A stretch of DNA of 64,000 bases from an uncultured Clostridia bacterium (GTDB lineage: Bacteria > Bacillota > Clostridia > Christensenellales > UBA1242). A program made the position numbers and the translations under genes. Shown here in pieces: positions 28,626 to 37,500 of this stretch. The stretch is taken from NCBI GenBank assembly GCA_934778205.1, contig CAKVOD010000003.1, positions 109,890 to 173,889 of the forward strand, read 5' to 3'. Every line of letters starts with the position of its first letter. Positions within the stretch are counted from its first letter, which is position 1. The notes below the pieces were generated by a model, which was not told the DNA's origin, ran no database searches, and saw only the letters and a program-made list of their open reading frames with translations.

Positions 28626-28654
28626 ATTATACTCTATTTACAAAGAAAAGTCAA
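28626..28654 (-). promoter_or_regulatory. Near-consensus sigma-A promoter of the S10-spc-alpha cluster
   Basis: Minus strand TTGACT (reverse of 28649-28654), a 17-nt spacer, then TATAAT (reverse of 28626-28631). This leaves a leader of about 210 nt before rpsJ. Confidence 0.7.
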
Positions 28655-28714
28655 CCCTTTTGACAAAGTTTTTCAAAAAAAATACAACATTTTTTTTATG
28701 CCCGTTTTTGCGCT

Positions 28715-28748
28715 AAAAAAGGCACACAATCAAACTGATTGCGTGCCT
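28715..28748 (-). terminator. Rho-independent terminator after the 228-aa gene
   Basis: On the minus strand: AGGCAC-G-CAATC-AGTTT-GATTG-T-GTGCC followed by TTTTTT, about 80 nt downstream of the stop at 28830 and upstream of the S10 promoter. Confidence 0.65.
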
Positions 28749-28829
28749 AATACTTTGCGCATTAATTGCTAATTACTACCTCAAAACCACTCTCGTCTAA
28801 GGTGCGAAAGAACTTCACTACTCAACATA

Positions 28830-29516
28830 CTACAGCGTAAAGAATTTTACCGTATTTTGCATTTTGCTCTCTAACGCGCTTGCCTTTTCTTTGTTTGTGT
28901 ATTGTGCAACGAGCCAACTACCTGCGATTGGTCCAAATACGGTGCAGGCAACTGTTAGTTTTGCTCCATACCATATTAGATTTGCAAAGGCGAGTTTTCT
29001 AGACATAGTGGGTTTATCTTTATCATTCTTTTTATAACCTTTCATATCGCACATTTCAGCAATGAAATCTCTAATTGGGGTTTTTGACTCTTTTTCTTTT
29101 TTGTGCACATTCAAATTAATTTTGTTATCCTTATCAAAATTATCGGGCTCGAAATCGAACGCATCTTGGCTTGGATATTTCATAGACGATGGTGAATACG
29201 GCGCAATAGATTGCTCGACACTTGAATCTAACGCTGGTTCGGGCTTGCTTTCAGACTTCGTTTCTTTCTTTTCTCCTGCGTCTTTTTCCTGCGTATCAAC
29301 GCCCTTTTCCGATTCCTTATCATCTTTTTTATCAGCGCCGTTCTCTTTCTTCTTTTCTTCAGTGCTCTTTTCTTCAGTGCTTTCAGTTTTCCCCGCATCC
29401 TTTTTCCCGTCCACTGGTGGGTCAACTGGTGTTACTGGAGGTTTTGGTGGTTCAGGCGGAGTCATTGTTCTCTCTTCGCCCAAATCTTTCTTCTTCTCTT
29501 CTTTTACATCTGCCAT
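28830..29516 (-). CDS. Hypothetical protein: Pro/Lys/Glu-rich low-complexity N-terminal ~170 aa and a hydrophobic segment near the C-terminus
   Basis: 228-aa ORF with a strong RBS (AGGAGG) and an MADVKEEKKKDLGEE...PPEPPKPPVTPVDPPVDGKKD... tract. The hydrophobic segment near the C-terminus is LTVACTVFGPIAGSWLVA. It is the third gene of a coupled operon. No family recognised. Confidence 0.6.
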   Translation of the reverse strand: MADVKEEKKKDLGEERTMTPPEPPKPPVTPVDPPVDGKKDAGKTESTEEKSTEEKKKENGADKKDDKESEKGVDTQEKDAGEKKETKSESKPEPALDSSVEQSIAPYSPSSMKYPSQDAFDFEPDNFDKDNKINLNVHKKEKESKTPIRDFIAEMCDMKGYKKNDKDKPTMSRKLAFANLIWYGAKLTVACTVFGPIAGSWLVAQYTNKEKASALESKMQNTVKFFTL

Positions 29517-29528
29517 TTTTCAGTCCTC

Positions 29529-29729
29529 CTATTTTTTATTGATGAAATCGTTTAGTTTCTTTATTAGTTCATTTAAGTCAATTCCGTGGACTGCTGCGGC
29601 TTCTTCCAAAGTTTCCATTGAACCCATCGGGCAAGCAAAACAGTGCATCCCAAAGCCCATAAAAATTTCAGCAGTTTCTGGAGAGATTTCCAACACATCT
29701 GCGATTCGCATATCTTTGTTTATTTCCAT
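29529..29729 (-). CDS. DUF1858-type small protein (hybrid-cluster-protein-associated redox disulfide protein family)
   Basis: 66 aa, MEINKDMRIADVLEISPETAEIFMGFGMHCFACPMGSMETLEEAAAVHGIDLNELIKKLN. The CxxCP motif, length and flanks are typical of DUF1858. Its ATG overlaps the upstream stop (TAATG). Confidence 0.7.
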   Translation of the reverse strand: MEINKDMRIADVLEISPETAEIFMGFGMHCFACPMGSMETLEEAAAVHGIDLNELIKKLNDFINKK

Positions 29730-30556
29730 TATAGTTCATTTCCTTGTTCATTGTTTTTCATTTTTTCAAGACTGTGCTTGTATTTTGCAACCATCTCGTT
29801 ATAGAATATGTTGTAATATTCTTTGTCTACTGAATAGCCGATAGGGTCGCGCGCGCCGTCATCATAATCATAGTTGTAGATAGGTTTATAACCCATAACC
29901 TCGTTAAGTCCGTCCATATTTTTTTTCAAGATATCAAAGTGCTTAAAGAATGTTTGTTTTGTAAAGATTTGCAAATCTTTTGCGGAATTGAAATACAAAT
30001 CTCTTACACGTTCAAAATATGGCAAATATCCATTAATAGCAAAGGAATTTAAAACTTTAGGCTCTAACAATTTATTGTCATATTGCGCGATGTTGCTGAG
30101 TTCTTTGATTCTTGATGCAAGTCCGTGGTCTATATCCCAAACATAGATGTACCTCAACATTTCGTTTAAGTCTTGCATATCGTATTGAATATACTCATTG
30201 CGTTCTTCTTGAGTGAGTTCCTGCCCGAGGTGCATTTTGAATCTAATACAAATTTGTTTGTTTAGGTTCAGCATTTCCTCGTGCGTGATTGTTGCGAGCA
30301 ATAATGTTTGATTCAATAATATGTAATATTCTTCCGCCTTCAAAATTGATTTCAACATCCCTTGTGGCGAACCGCATCTTTCAAATTCTTCGAGCGCTTC
30401 AATTGTGCTAGGAATTTTCACTTTGTAAATTCTCTTAAGCGCATCTAAAACTTCAAACGAATCCTTGACCGAATCGGCTTCCAAACGCGCCTTTTCTCTT
30501 TCAGTCATAAGTACTTTCAAAATTTGGTCTCTCTCTGATTTAAATCTAAATGACAT
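29729..30556 (-). CDS. Hypothetical protein (275 aa, predicted soluble, helical)
   Basis: Long ORF with an RBS (AGAGGGA) and its own consensus promoter. No motif I can assign to a family. Confidence 0.6.
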   Translation of the reverse strand: MSFRFKSERDQILKVLMTEREKARLEADSVKDSFEVLDALKRIYKVKIPSTIEALEEFERCGSPQGMLKSILKAEEYYILLNQTLLLATITHEEMLNLNKQICIRFKMHLGQELTQEERNEYIQYDMQDLNEMLRYIYVWDIDHGLASRIKELSNIAQYDNKLLEPKVLNSFAINGYLPYFERVRDLYFNSAKDLQIFTKQTFFKHFDILKKNMDGLNEVMGYKPIYNYDYDDGARDPIGYSVDKEYYNIFYNEMVAKYKHSLEKMKNNEQGNEL

Positions 30557-30576
30557 TTCATCCCTCTTTTTGATAT

Positions 30577-30604
30577 ATTATACCAACTTTTTGGAATTTG
30601 TCAA
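30577..30604 (-). promoter_or_regulatory. Consensus sigma-A promoter for the 275-aa/DUF1858/228-aa operon
   Basis: Minus strand TTGACA (reverse of 30599-30604), a 16-nt spacer, then TATAAT (reverse of 30577-30582), preceded by TGG (extended -10). Confidence 0.7.
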
Positions 30605-30796
30605 GACGCATTTGCAATTTTGTTGTATTTTCTATTATAAATAGACGCATTTTGTACTGACGCGGTCAATGTGCACTCTCACACATAATAAACCGCGTAC
30701 CCTTCCGGCAAGGCTCGCCTTGACCGCAAATTTGGTTGTCGTCTCACAACAACATACACGCATTAATCAACACACACACCTGTGTCGTCTGACACT

Positions 30797-30841
30797 CTCC
30801 GCTTCAGCGAACATTGCATTTCCGCTTTCGGTCGAAATGAC
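30797..30841. repeat. Copy A of a conserved ~45-nt GC-rich intergenic element (copy B at 45790-45835)
   Basis: CTCCGCTTCAGCGA-N10-TCCGCTTTCGGTCGAAATGAC. Copy B reads CTCCGCTTCGGCGA-N11-TCCGCCTTCGGTCGAAATGAC. They share an identical 15-mer, TTCGGTCGAAATGAC, in the same orientation. Confidence 0.75.
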
Positions 30842-30889
30842 GATAAACTTAAGTTCTTTGCCATTAATTTGATACTTTCAAAGGAATCA

Positions 30890-31819
30890 CTAACTCAAAA
30901 AGCCGTTTATGATAAAGTCTTCCGCTTCTTTCTCGTTCAAGCCAAGTGTGAGCAGTTTTTCTAATTGCGCGCCTGCGATTTTACCAATTGTTGCTTCGTG
31001 GATAAGTCGAGCGTCGCTTGAGAGTGCGGAAATTTGCGGAATTGCAATAATTTGTGCTTTGTTTAGCAAAATTGCGTCGCATTCAACGTGCCCAAAACAT
31101 TCGCACACACCTGTAACGTTTGAATGAAACTCTTGATTCGATTCATCTTTTGCAACGGCGCGCGACGTGATTTTTGTAGAAGCACCCGCGCCAATCAACT
31201 TAACGTCAAACACTGAGGAGGCAAATTGCGACTTTTGCGTCAAAATCTTTTCATTGACAATAAAGGTTGCTTTATCTTTTAATTCGCCTTTTGTTGTACG
31301 AATTGCGTAGTCGACGCCCTCAAGTTGCAAAGTATCCATAATCATTGTTGCACCCTCGTCTAGAAACACTTGCGTGAGCGGGCTGAGGTTCTTTTTTCCG
31401 ACGCTTTGCCCGTGCCCATAATGCTTTTCGACGTACTTGACGCGCGCGCCTTTTTCAAGGTAAAAAGTATGAATACCATTGTGCGACGAATCGTGTTGAG
31501 TGTGATTGTGAATGCCACAACCCGCGACTATGACTATGTCAGCATTTTCGCCGATGTGAAAGTCGTTGTATACCTCATCATTCAATCCACCTTCAGTCAA
31601 AATGACGGGTATATATGCCGACTCGTTTTTTGTGTTTGGCTTGACATATATATCAATTCCTGTGCCGTTTTCCTTTGGTACGATTTCTATATTTTCAGAA
31701 TTGACGCGTTCAACACCCTTGCCATTGAGACGCAAGTTATGCGCCCCTTGCGGAAACTCTGTGATGTCCGCAATCTTTTGCAATATTTCTGTTTTTATTT
31801 TTTCAATATCTTCAACCAT
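30890..31819 (-). CDS. sufD: SufB/SufD-family Fe-S cluster assembly protein (short, 309 aa)
   Basis: The C-terminal signature ...SSDARLIHEATIGKIAGAQLEKLLTLGLNEKEAEDFIINGFL is typical of the SufB/SufD beta-helix proteins. It lies immediately downstream of sufC. Confidence 0.75.
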   Translation of the reverse strand: MVEDIEKIKTEILQKIADITEFPQGAHNLRLNGKGVERVNSENIEIVPKENGTGIDIYVKPNTKNESAYIPVILTEGGLNDEVYNDFHIGENADIVIVAGCGIHNHTQHDSSHNGIHTFYLEKGARVKYVEKHYGHGQSVGKKNLSPLTQVFLDEGATMIMDTLQLEGVDYAIRTTKGELKDKATFIVNEKILTQKSQFASSVFDVKLIGAGASTKITSRAVAKDESNQEFHSNVTGVCECFGHVECDAILLNKAQIIAIPQISALSSDARLIHEATIGKIAGAQLEKLLTLGLNEKEAEDFIINGFLS

Positions 31820-31857
31820 ATTATTCCTTATTATATATACGCTGTGAAAATCAAATT

Positions 31858-32523
31858 TTAATCGGCGTCTAACGCTCCTAGCATTTCATCGCGCGCACCA
31901 TATTTTTCAATCTTGCCGTCTTTCATCAAAATAATTTCGTCGGCAAGTTTCATAACTCTTTCTTGGTGGCTGATTACAATCATTGTTCTTTCGCTGTTGC
32001 GAAATTCAGAGAACACATTGCTGAGATTGTTAAAACTCCAAATGTCTATACCCGCCTCAGGCTCATCAAATATCCCGACGGATATATCACGGAGCAAAAC
32101 GCTTGCAAGTTCAATGCGCTTGAGTTCGCCCCCCGAAAGTGTTGTATTAAGTTCGCGATATAGATATTCGCTTGGCTCAAGCCCGACTTTTCGCAAAACG
32201 CTTTCAAAGTCTGGCAAGGTTTTGCCTGAAATCCTTAAGATATCTATGACGCGTACACCCTTGAATGTGACAGGTTGTTGGAACGCAAACCCCATTCCCA
32301 AATGCGCGCGCTCGTCAATTGACTTGCCCGTTATGTCCTGCCCGTCTAGCGTAATTTTCCCGTCCGCTTTATATAGTCCCATAAGGCACTTTGCAAGCGT
32401 AGATTTGCCTGCGCCGTTGTGTCCCGTGATTACATAGAACTTTCCCTTTTTAAACTCAAAATCAATACCTTTCAGTATTTCTTGACTTCCTACTTTGTAT
32501 GATAAATTTTCAATTTTTAACAT
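31858..32523 (-). CDS. sufC: Fe-S cluster assembly ATPase SufC (ABC-type)
   Basis: MLKIENLSYKVGSQEILKGIDFEFKKGKFYVITGHNGAGKSTLAKCLMG...LSGGELKRIELASVLL...IFDEPEAGIDI. The ATG at 32523 follows GGAAGGG (the track ORF begins 12 nt earlier). Confidence 0.85.
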   Translation of the reverse strand: MLKIENLSYKVGSQEILKGIDFEFKKGKFYVITGHNGAGKSTLAKCLMGLYKADGKITLDGQDITGKSIDERAHLGMGFAFQQPVTFKGVRVIDILRISGKTLPDFESVLRKVGLEPSEYLYRELNTTLSGGELKRIELASVLLRDISVGIFDEPEAGIDIWSFNNLSNVFSEFRNSERTMIVISHQERVMKLADEIILMKDGKIEKYGARDEMLGALDAD

Positions 32524-32708
32524 TTTCCCTTCCATTTGATGACTAAAATGCTATTGCACGCAATATTTTTCTCTACTGTCATTTTCATATTTATTATACC
32601 AAATTTTTCTTGTAAAATGCAATTGTTTTATATAAAATTGTTGCAATGTATGAATTTTGTTTTATTTATTCTAAACTGACCAAAACTTAAGCAAAAGCCA
32701 CTGACAAC

Positions 32709-32750
32709 AAAAAAGAATAGAAACCGCTTTCGCAATTTCTATTCTTTTTT
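32709..32750. terminator. Bidirectional rho-independent terminator after the giant ORF
   Basis: GAATAGAAA (32715-32723) pairs with TTTCTATTC (32736-32744), with an inner GC/GC pair. It is flanked by an A-run and T6 and sits about 25 nt downstream of the stop at 32773. Confidence 0.7.
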
Positions 32751-32772
32751 GTCTAACAATGAATATTGTGAA

Positions 32773-34530
32773 CTAACTATGTTTCCACACTGGTTTTAAA
32801 GTTGTATTTGAGTCAATTTTGATACTGCTAGAGTCATAGGACCCGTCATAAACATTTTTGACTTCATTTGCCCAACCTGTCGTTTTAAAATTGTATTTTG
32901 GACCACCATATGTTACTGAACATGTTGCCACATAATCACTAAACAAAAGGTCAGTTCCACGTTTTATTCTTGTTTTGTTTGTATTGTTTGTGTTTGAAAC
33001 GCTAGAATAACTATGTTTCTTCCCGTTTGATACCCACCAACTTGGTTTTGTCCACGCGGTATTGTCAAATGTGACTGTGCACCATTGCGTTTCAGTCCAA
33101 ATTGCGATGTATTCACAATTGCCGTTTGGCGTTATTGACGCGTTTGTTGTGATTGTAGTTTCGCGTAGTTTATAACCGCCAAATGCGTATTCGCTTGTAT
33201 ATGAGCCATAATCTTTTGAAAGCATTGCGTATTGTGGAAGTGCTACGCTTGAACCTTCATAAAGTTCATATGTTTGCGAGTATGAATCTGTCAAACTAGA
33301 TGTGTATTGAGATGAAACTTTGACACTGTATTTATTTCTCAAATACCACGTGCTGTCGGCTGAAACGATAAAGTTGTCAACCTTTGTGTTTTCGTCAAAG
33401 TTTGCACTTGTATAAACTAATGTCGAATCGTTGTATGCGTCAAATGCTGACATTTCAACAACTGTTCCGCCGACAACGACTTCGTCATAGATAGTCGCGC
33501 CTGCATTGATAACTTTGAGTGAATAGATTGTTTCTACCTTTTCGTCCCATTTAGCGTATAGATATGCTCCATTTTCTGGCATTTGCGAAGCATTAAATAT
33601 CGTACCGTCGACAAAGTTTTGAGTTGTGAACCAGTCCACAAATGTGCGTATTGTTCTTGTGTGGCTTGCTAGGTCGTCTATAACTTGCGTATCGTAGTTT
33701 GGAAGCGTTATGCTTTCGCCCACTACTGCCATTATTGTATCGACTTTTGTTTCGCCGTCAAACAATGTTAATGTTTGCTTTGAAACAATCAAATCCCACT
33801 TTGCGTACAAATCAAAACTTTCGTTTGGCATCGAATTACTTTCAAACAATGTTTCAATTTCATATGTGTTTGACTTAAACCACCCGTCGAACTCATAAAG
33901 TGAGTATGACGTAGCTGTCGAAACTTCTTTGTTATCAAGGCTCGAAAGCACTATTTCGTCGCCATAAAAACCAGAGATTGTGCGAACAATTTGATCGCCG
34001 TAAATAAAGTTGATTGTTTGCTTTTGGTAGTTGCTGACAACTTCCCACTTGGCGTACAAAGTTAAGTTTTGACTTGGCATTGAAGTTGCTTCAAACTTAG
34101 TGCCCTCGTCAAATGTTTCGCTTGTATACCAACCAACAAAACGATATGTCGTCTTTTCTGTATCAGTTATAACAACTCTATCTTCGTAAGTTGGAAGTTC
34201 TATTGAATAGTTTTCATATTCATTGATGCTTGCAACGTCCGCTCCGCCGTTCGTGACAAATGTCAGCGTGTACATATTGACGCGGTCAACCGCCGTCCAT
34301 TTTGCGTATAATTTTGTGTCGTGTCGTGGCATTTTGTTGCTTGTAAACTCTGTGCTGTCGTCGAATGTCGGCGTAGTATACCAGCCGTCGAAACGGTAGG
34401 TTGTTTTTGTATTGCCATCGATAACTTCACGATTTGAATAAGTTGGCAAGTTGAGTTTTGCACTCGGCGCGCTTGTGATATTTGATACCGCTACACCGCC
34501 GTTCGTTTCAAAGCTCATTGTGTATGAAAC
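32773..34530 (-). repeat. Coding region for 6-7 Listeria-Bacteroides-type (Flg_new-like) repeats at the C-terminus of the giant protein
   Basis: Four clear copies: YTMSFETNGG...TYRFDGWYTTPTFDDSTEF...TKLYAKWT, YTLTFVTNGG...TYRFVGWYTSETFDEGTKF...LTLYAKWE, ...LYEFDGWFKSNTYE...FDLYAKWD and ...FVDWFTTQNFVDGTIF...AYLYAKWD. Two to three degenerate copies follow. Confidence 0.75.
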
Positions 34531-37500
34531 TGTTTTTTGACATTTCCAGTCGTTTTCACTTGCCGTCCATTCTGCGCCCTCTTCATAAGCATATGAGTTT
34601 GCATAAGTATAGACACTGCTTAAGTCAAGAGATTTACCTATATCAACAAGTTTCATATTGTTGCTTTCAAGGTTCATATTGACACCACCAGCAAGTGGCA
34701 TTACCATTTGCATAGAAATGTCGGTCACGTATTCTTTTTGCGCTGACTCAACAAATGACGGCTTTATGCTGATTGATATTGAATCAAGTTTGTCATCATT
34801 TGAAATTTCTTTCAAATTGAGTTTTACATTATAACTACCATTATTGTTGTTATAATCAAGCAAAACGTTGCCCATATTGATAGGATTTTGTCTATTCTTT
34901 GCCTTTTCCATTGACTCATTGATGGCACTCATAATTGAGTCCGTGAACCCTGTCATATATTGTAGATAATACATTGCATCGTCAAGGAACGTAGTGTAAT
35001 GAACCATTGTTTTCTTTTCATAAAGGCGTGAACCTTTTACTTTTGCAACGTGTTCCGTTCTGTGGATATAAACATTTTCATCCACGTAATAGATATTGAT
35101 ATATCTATCTTGCGACTTGTATATCCCGTTGATTCCGTCACCTACGACAAACTTAACATCATTGTTTACGCCTTCGACTGACGGCATCGGTCCGATGAGT
35201 GCTTTAATCACTGGGCGCTTGTCGACAAGTTTGATTTGAATGTCGATTGGAATGTGCCAGTCAATATTTATGCCAATAATTGTCATTTTGACGTCAAGTG
35301 TTGCTGTGATGTGATAGTCGTTGAGTTCTGACGTATTGATGACGCCCTTCAACAAGTCACTGATACTACTAATATCAAAGTAGTTGCCCTCAATTGCTGG
35401 AACTTCCTCAAAATTAACAAAGTCAATGTTGAGATTAAAGTATTCACTAGATGTGACACCTGTATAAATGTTGTTGAGGTCGAAATGGCTGAGTTTGCCG
35501 TTTGTTGTGCCAATATTCAATGTCATTGTTTGAGCATTTTCGTTGCCACTAATCTTTTTGCCGTCAAGGCAAATCGTAACCGCGCCGTTTGAATAGTTGA
35601 TGCTTTCAACAATTTTTAGCATTGCGAACGGATCGCCAAAGTCGAGCGTTGGCATTGCGCCTTTGATGTTGTCAAAATTCATATCGCCAAAGTCGACATC
35701 TCCAAAAATTCCCAAATCATTGATATCATAGCCGAACACTGCCAAAATTATGCCCGCGATTTCTTTGATGTTTGTTTTGTGAATTTTTAATTTGAGTCCA
35801 CTATAGTTTACATAGAAGTATGTGCCGTCAAAATCAAGTGTAACCGCAATATCTTTTTCGCCGTGGAGCGTTGCATTGCCGTGGAACAATTTTTGCGCGT
35901 TGCTAATGTCGAGGCTTGCATTGATTGAACCATCAAAACGCATCGTTTGCCCGTTATATACTTGCGTACTTGCGTTGACTGTATATTTTTGCGCGTTCAA
36001 TGTGTCGATGACGCATTGAATTGTATTCAACAATTCTTCAATCGTTGCATAGTCTTGCCCGTTGATTTGTGCGAGTTTGACCGCCTCACTTGTCGCGACG
36101 ATTGAAACATTCGCTTTAACTGATTCAAAGTCAGCAACAATGTTCAAAATCTTTGAAATATCAACGCGAATATTGCCTGACGCGATGTTCATATCAAACA
36201 CATTTTGTTTTAATGCGAAAGTGCCGAAAGTTGAAAGGTCTAGCTTTTTGATTGTGTCAATAACCTCATCAAAACTCATATCACTTGTGCTTGTTTTGAT
36301 GTTTCCAAAGTATGGAAGTTCAAACCCTAAGTTAAAGTTTTTGTTGAGGAAGTCGACGACCATATTGCCTTCGACATTGCTTTCCGTTGGCGCAACTAAG
36401 TTTGCACCAAAATTGCGGTTTGCAAAGTCAACAATTTGCAATAAATCTTTTTCGACAAACTGAACTTTCAAGTTTGCAAAGTCAATATAAATTGTACTAC
36501 CACGCACGTGAATTGTGACAGAAAGTCCTTTAAATTCTGCTACCAAATCTACTTTGATTTTATCATTATAATCGATGCTCAAACTTGCATCAAGGGTTTG
36601 GTCGTAGCCAAGCAATTTTGCACTAACTTGTGCGTCAAGTGCAATTGCTTTTGTGCGATATACTTGCAAAATTCTGCTACATACTGGTAGAATATCGGTA
36701 ACTTTACTGTAATTTTCAACAGTTATGTTGCTAATTTCAAAATTATTTACAATTTCAAGTTTTGCGCTAATTTTCCCATATACAACACTAATTGTTTGAA
36801 TATTGCTATTTGCAAATGAAAGTACTGCATTCACAAGACTTGTTTCAATATTAATTTCATCTAAGCCGTTTTGACTAATTGATTTAATGAATGTATTAAT
36901 ATCAAAATCAATATTAGTATTTGTGTCAATTGTGACGCCAAATTCTTTTTCCGCCCACTCTAAAATTGCATCAATTTCGCTGAGTGCGACTTGAACTTTC
37001 ATTCCGTCAATATTTGCATAAACGACGCCATTTTGTAGATCAATAATGATTGTTTTTTCAAATGCTACAAGCGTTGCACTAACTCTTAAGTCAGCAATAT
37101 TTTGCGTTCGCATAAATGTTTTGAAGTCAACGCTTGCGTTGCCCGCAAAGTTCATTGTGTCATAGGTAAAGTCAAATGTAAAAGCAACTTTGCCATTATT
37201 TACAATTGAATAGATTGAACTTGCTTTTTCGATGACGCTTGAAAGTGGCAAAAATTCGTCCACATTTTCAATTACGATTGCTTGTTTGCCAATGTTTTGA
37301 GTCAATGAAACTGCGATGCCGTCATATTCAATACTTGCAACAAACCCATTTTCAAGGCTCAATTGCAAAATTAAATCCTTATAAGTGATTTGCAAGTTTT
37401 TGTCATTCACAAGTTCAAAGATGATGTCACTAAAGTGAATATTGTCAAGACTAATTTCATTTTGTGAAGTTTTGTCAATTGTAATGCAAAATTCACGGCA

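Noticed and set aside
29062-29844. 260-aa plus-strand ORF rich in Ser/Phe.
   Set aside because: It is the antisense shadow of the Lys/Glu-rich 228-aa gene and the DUF1858 gene. Its low-complexity composition simply mirrors the sense strand, and it has no RBS.
30669-30872. 67-aa plus-strand ORF covering GC-rich element A, and similarly 45642-45881 covering element B.
   Set aside because: They have no RBS. The second crosses a terminator hairpin. The two putative products are not similar outside the short conserved DNA element, which argues for an RNA- or DNA-level feature.
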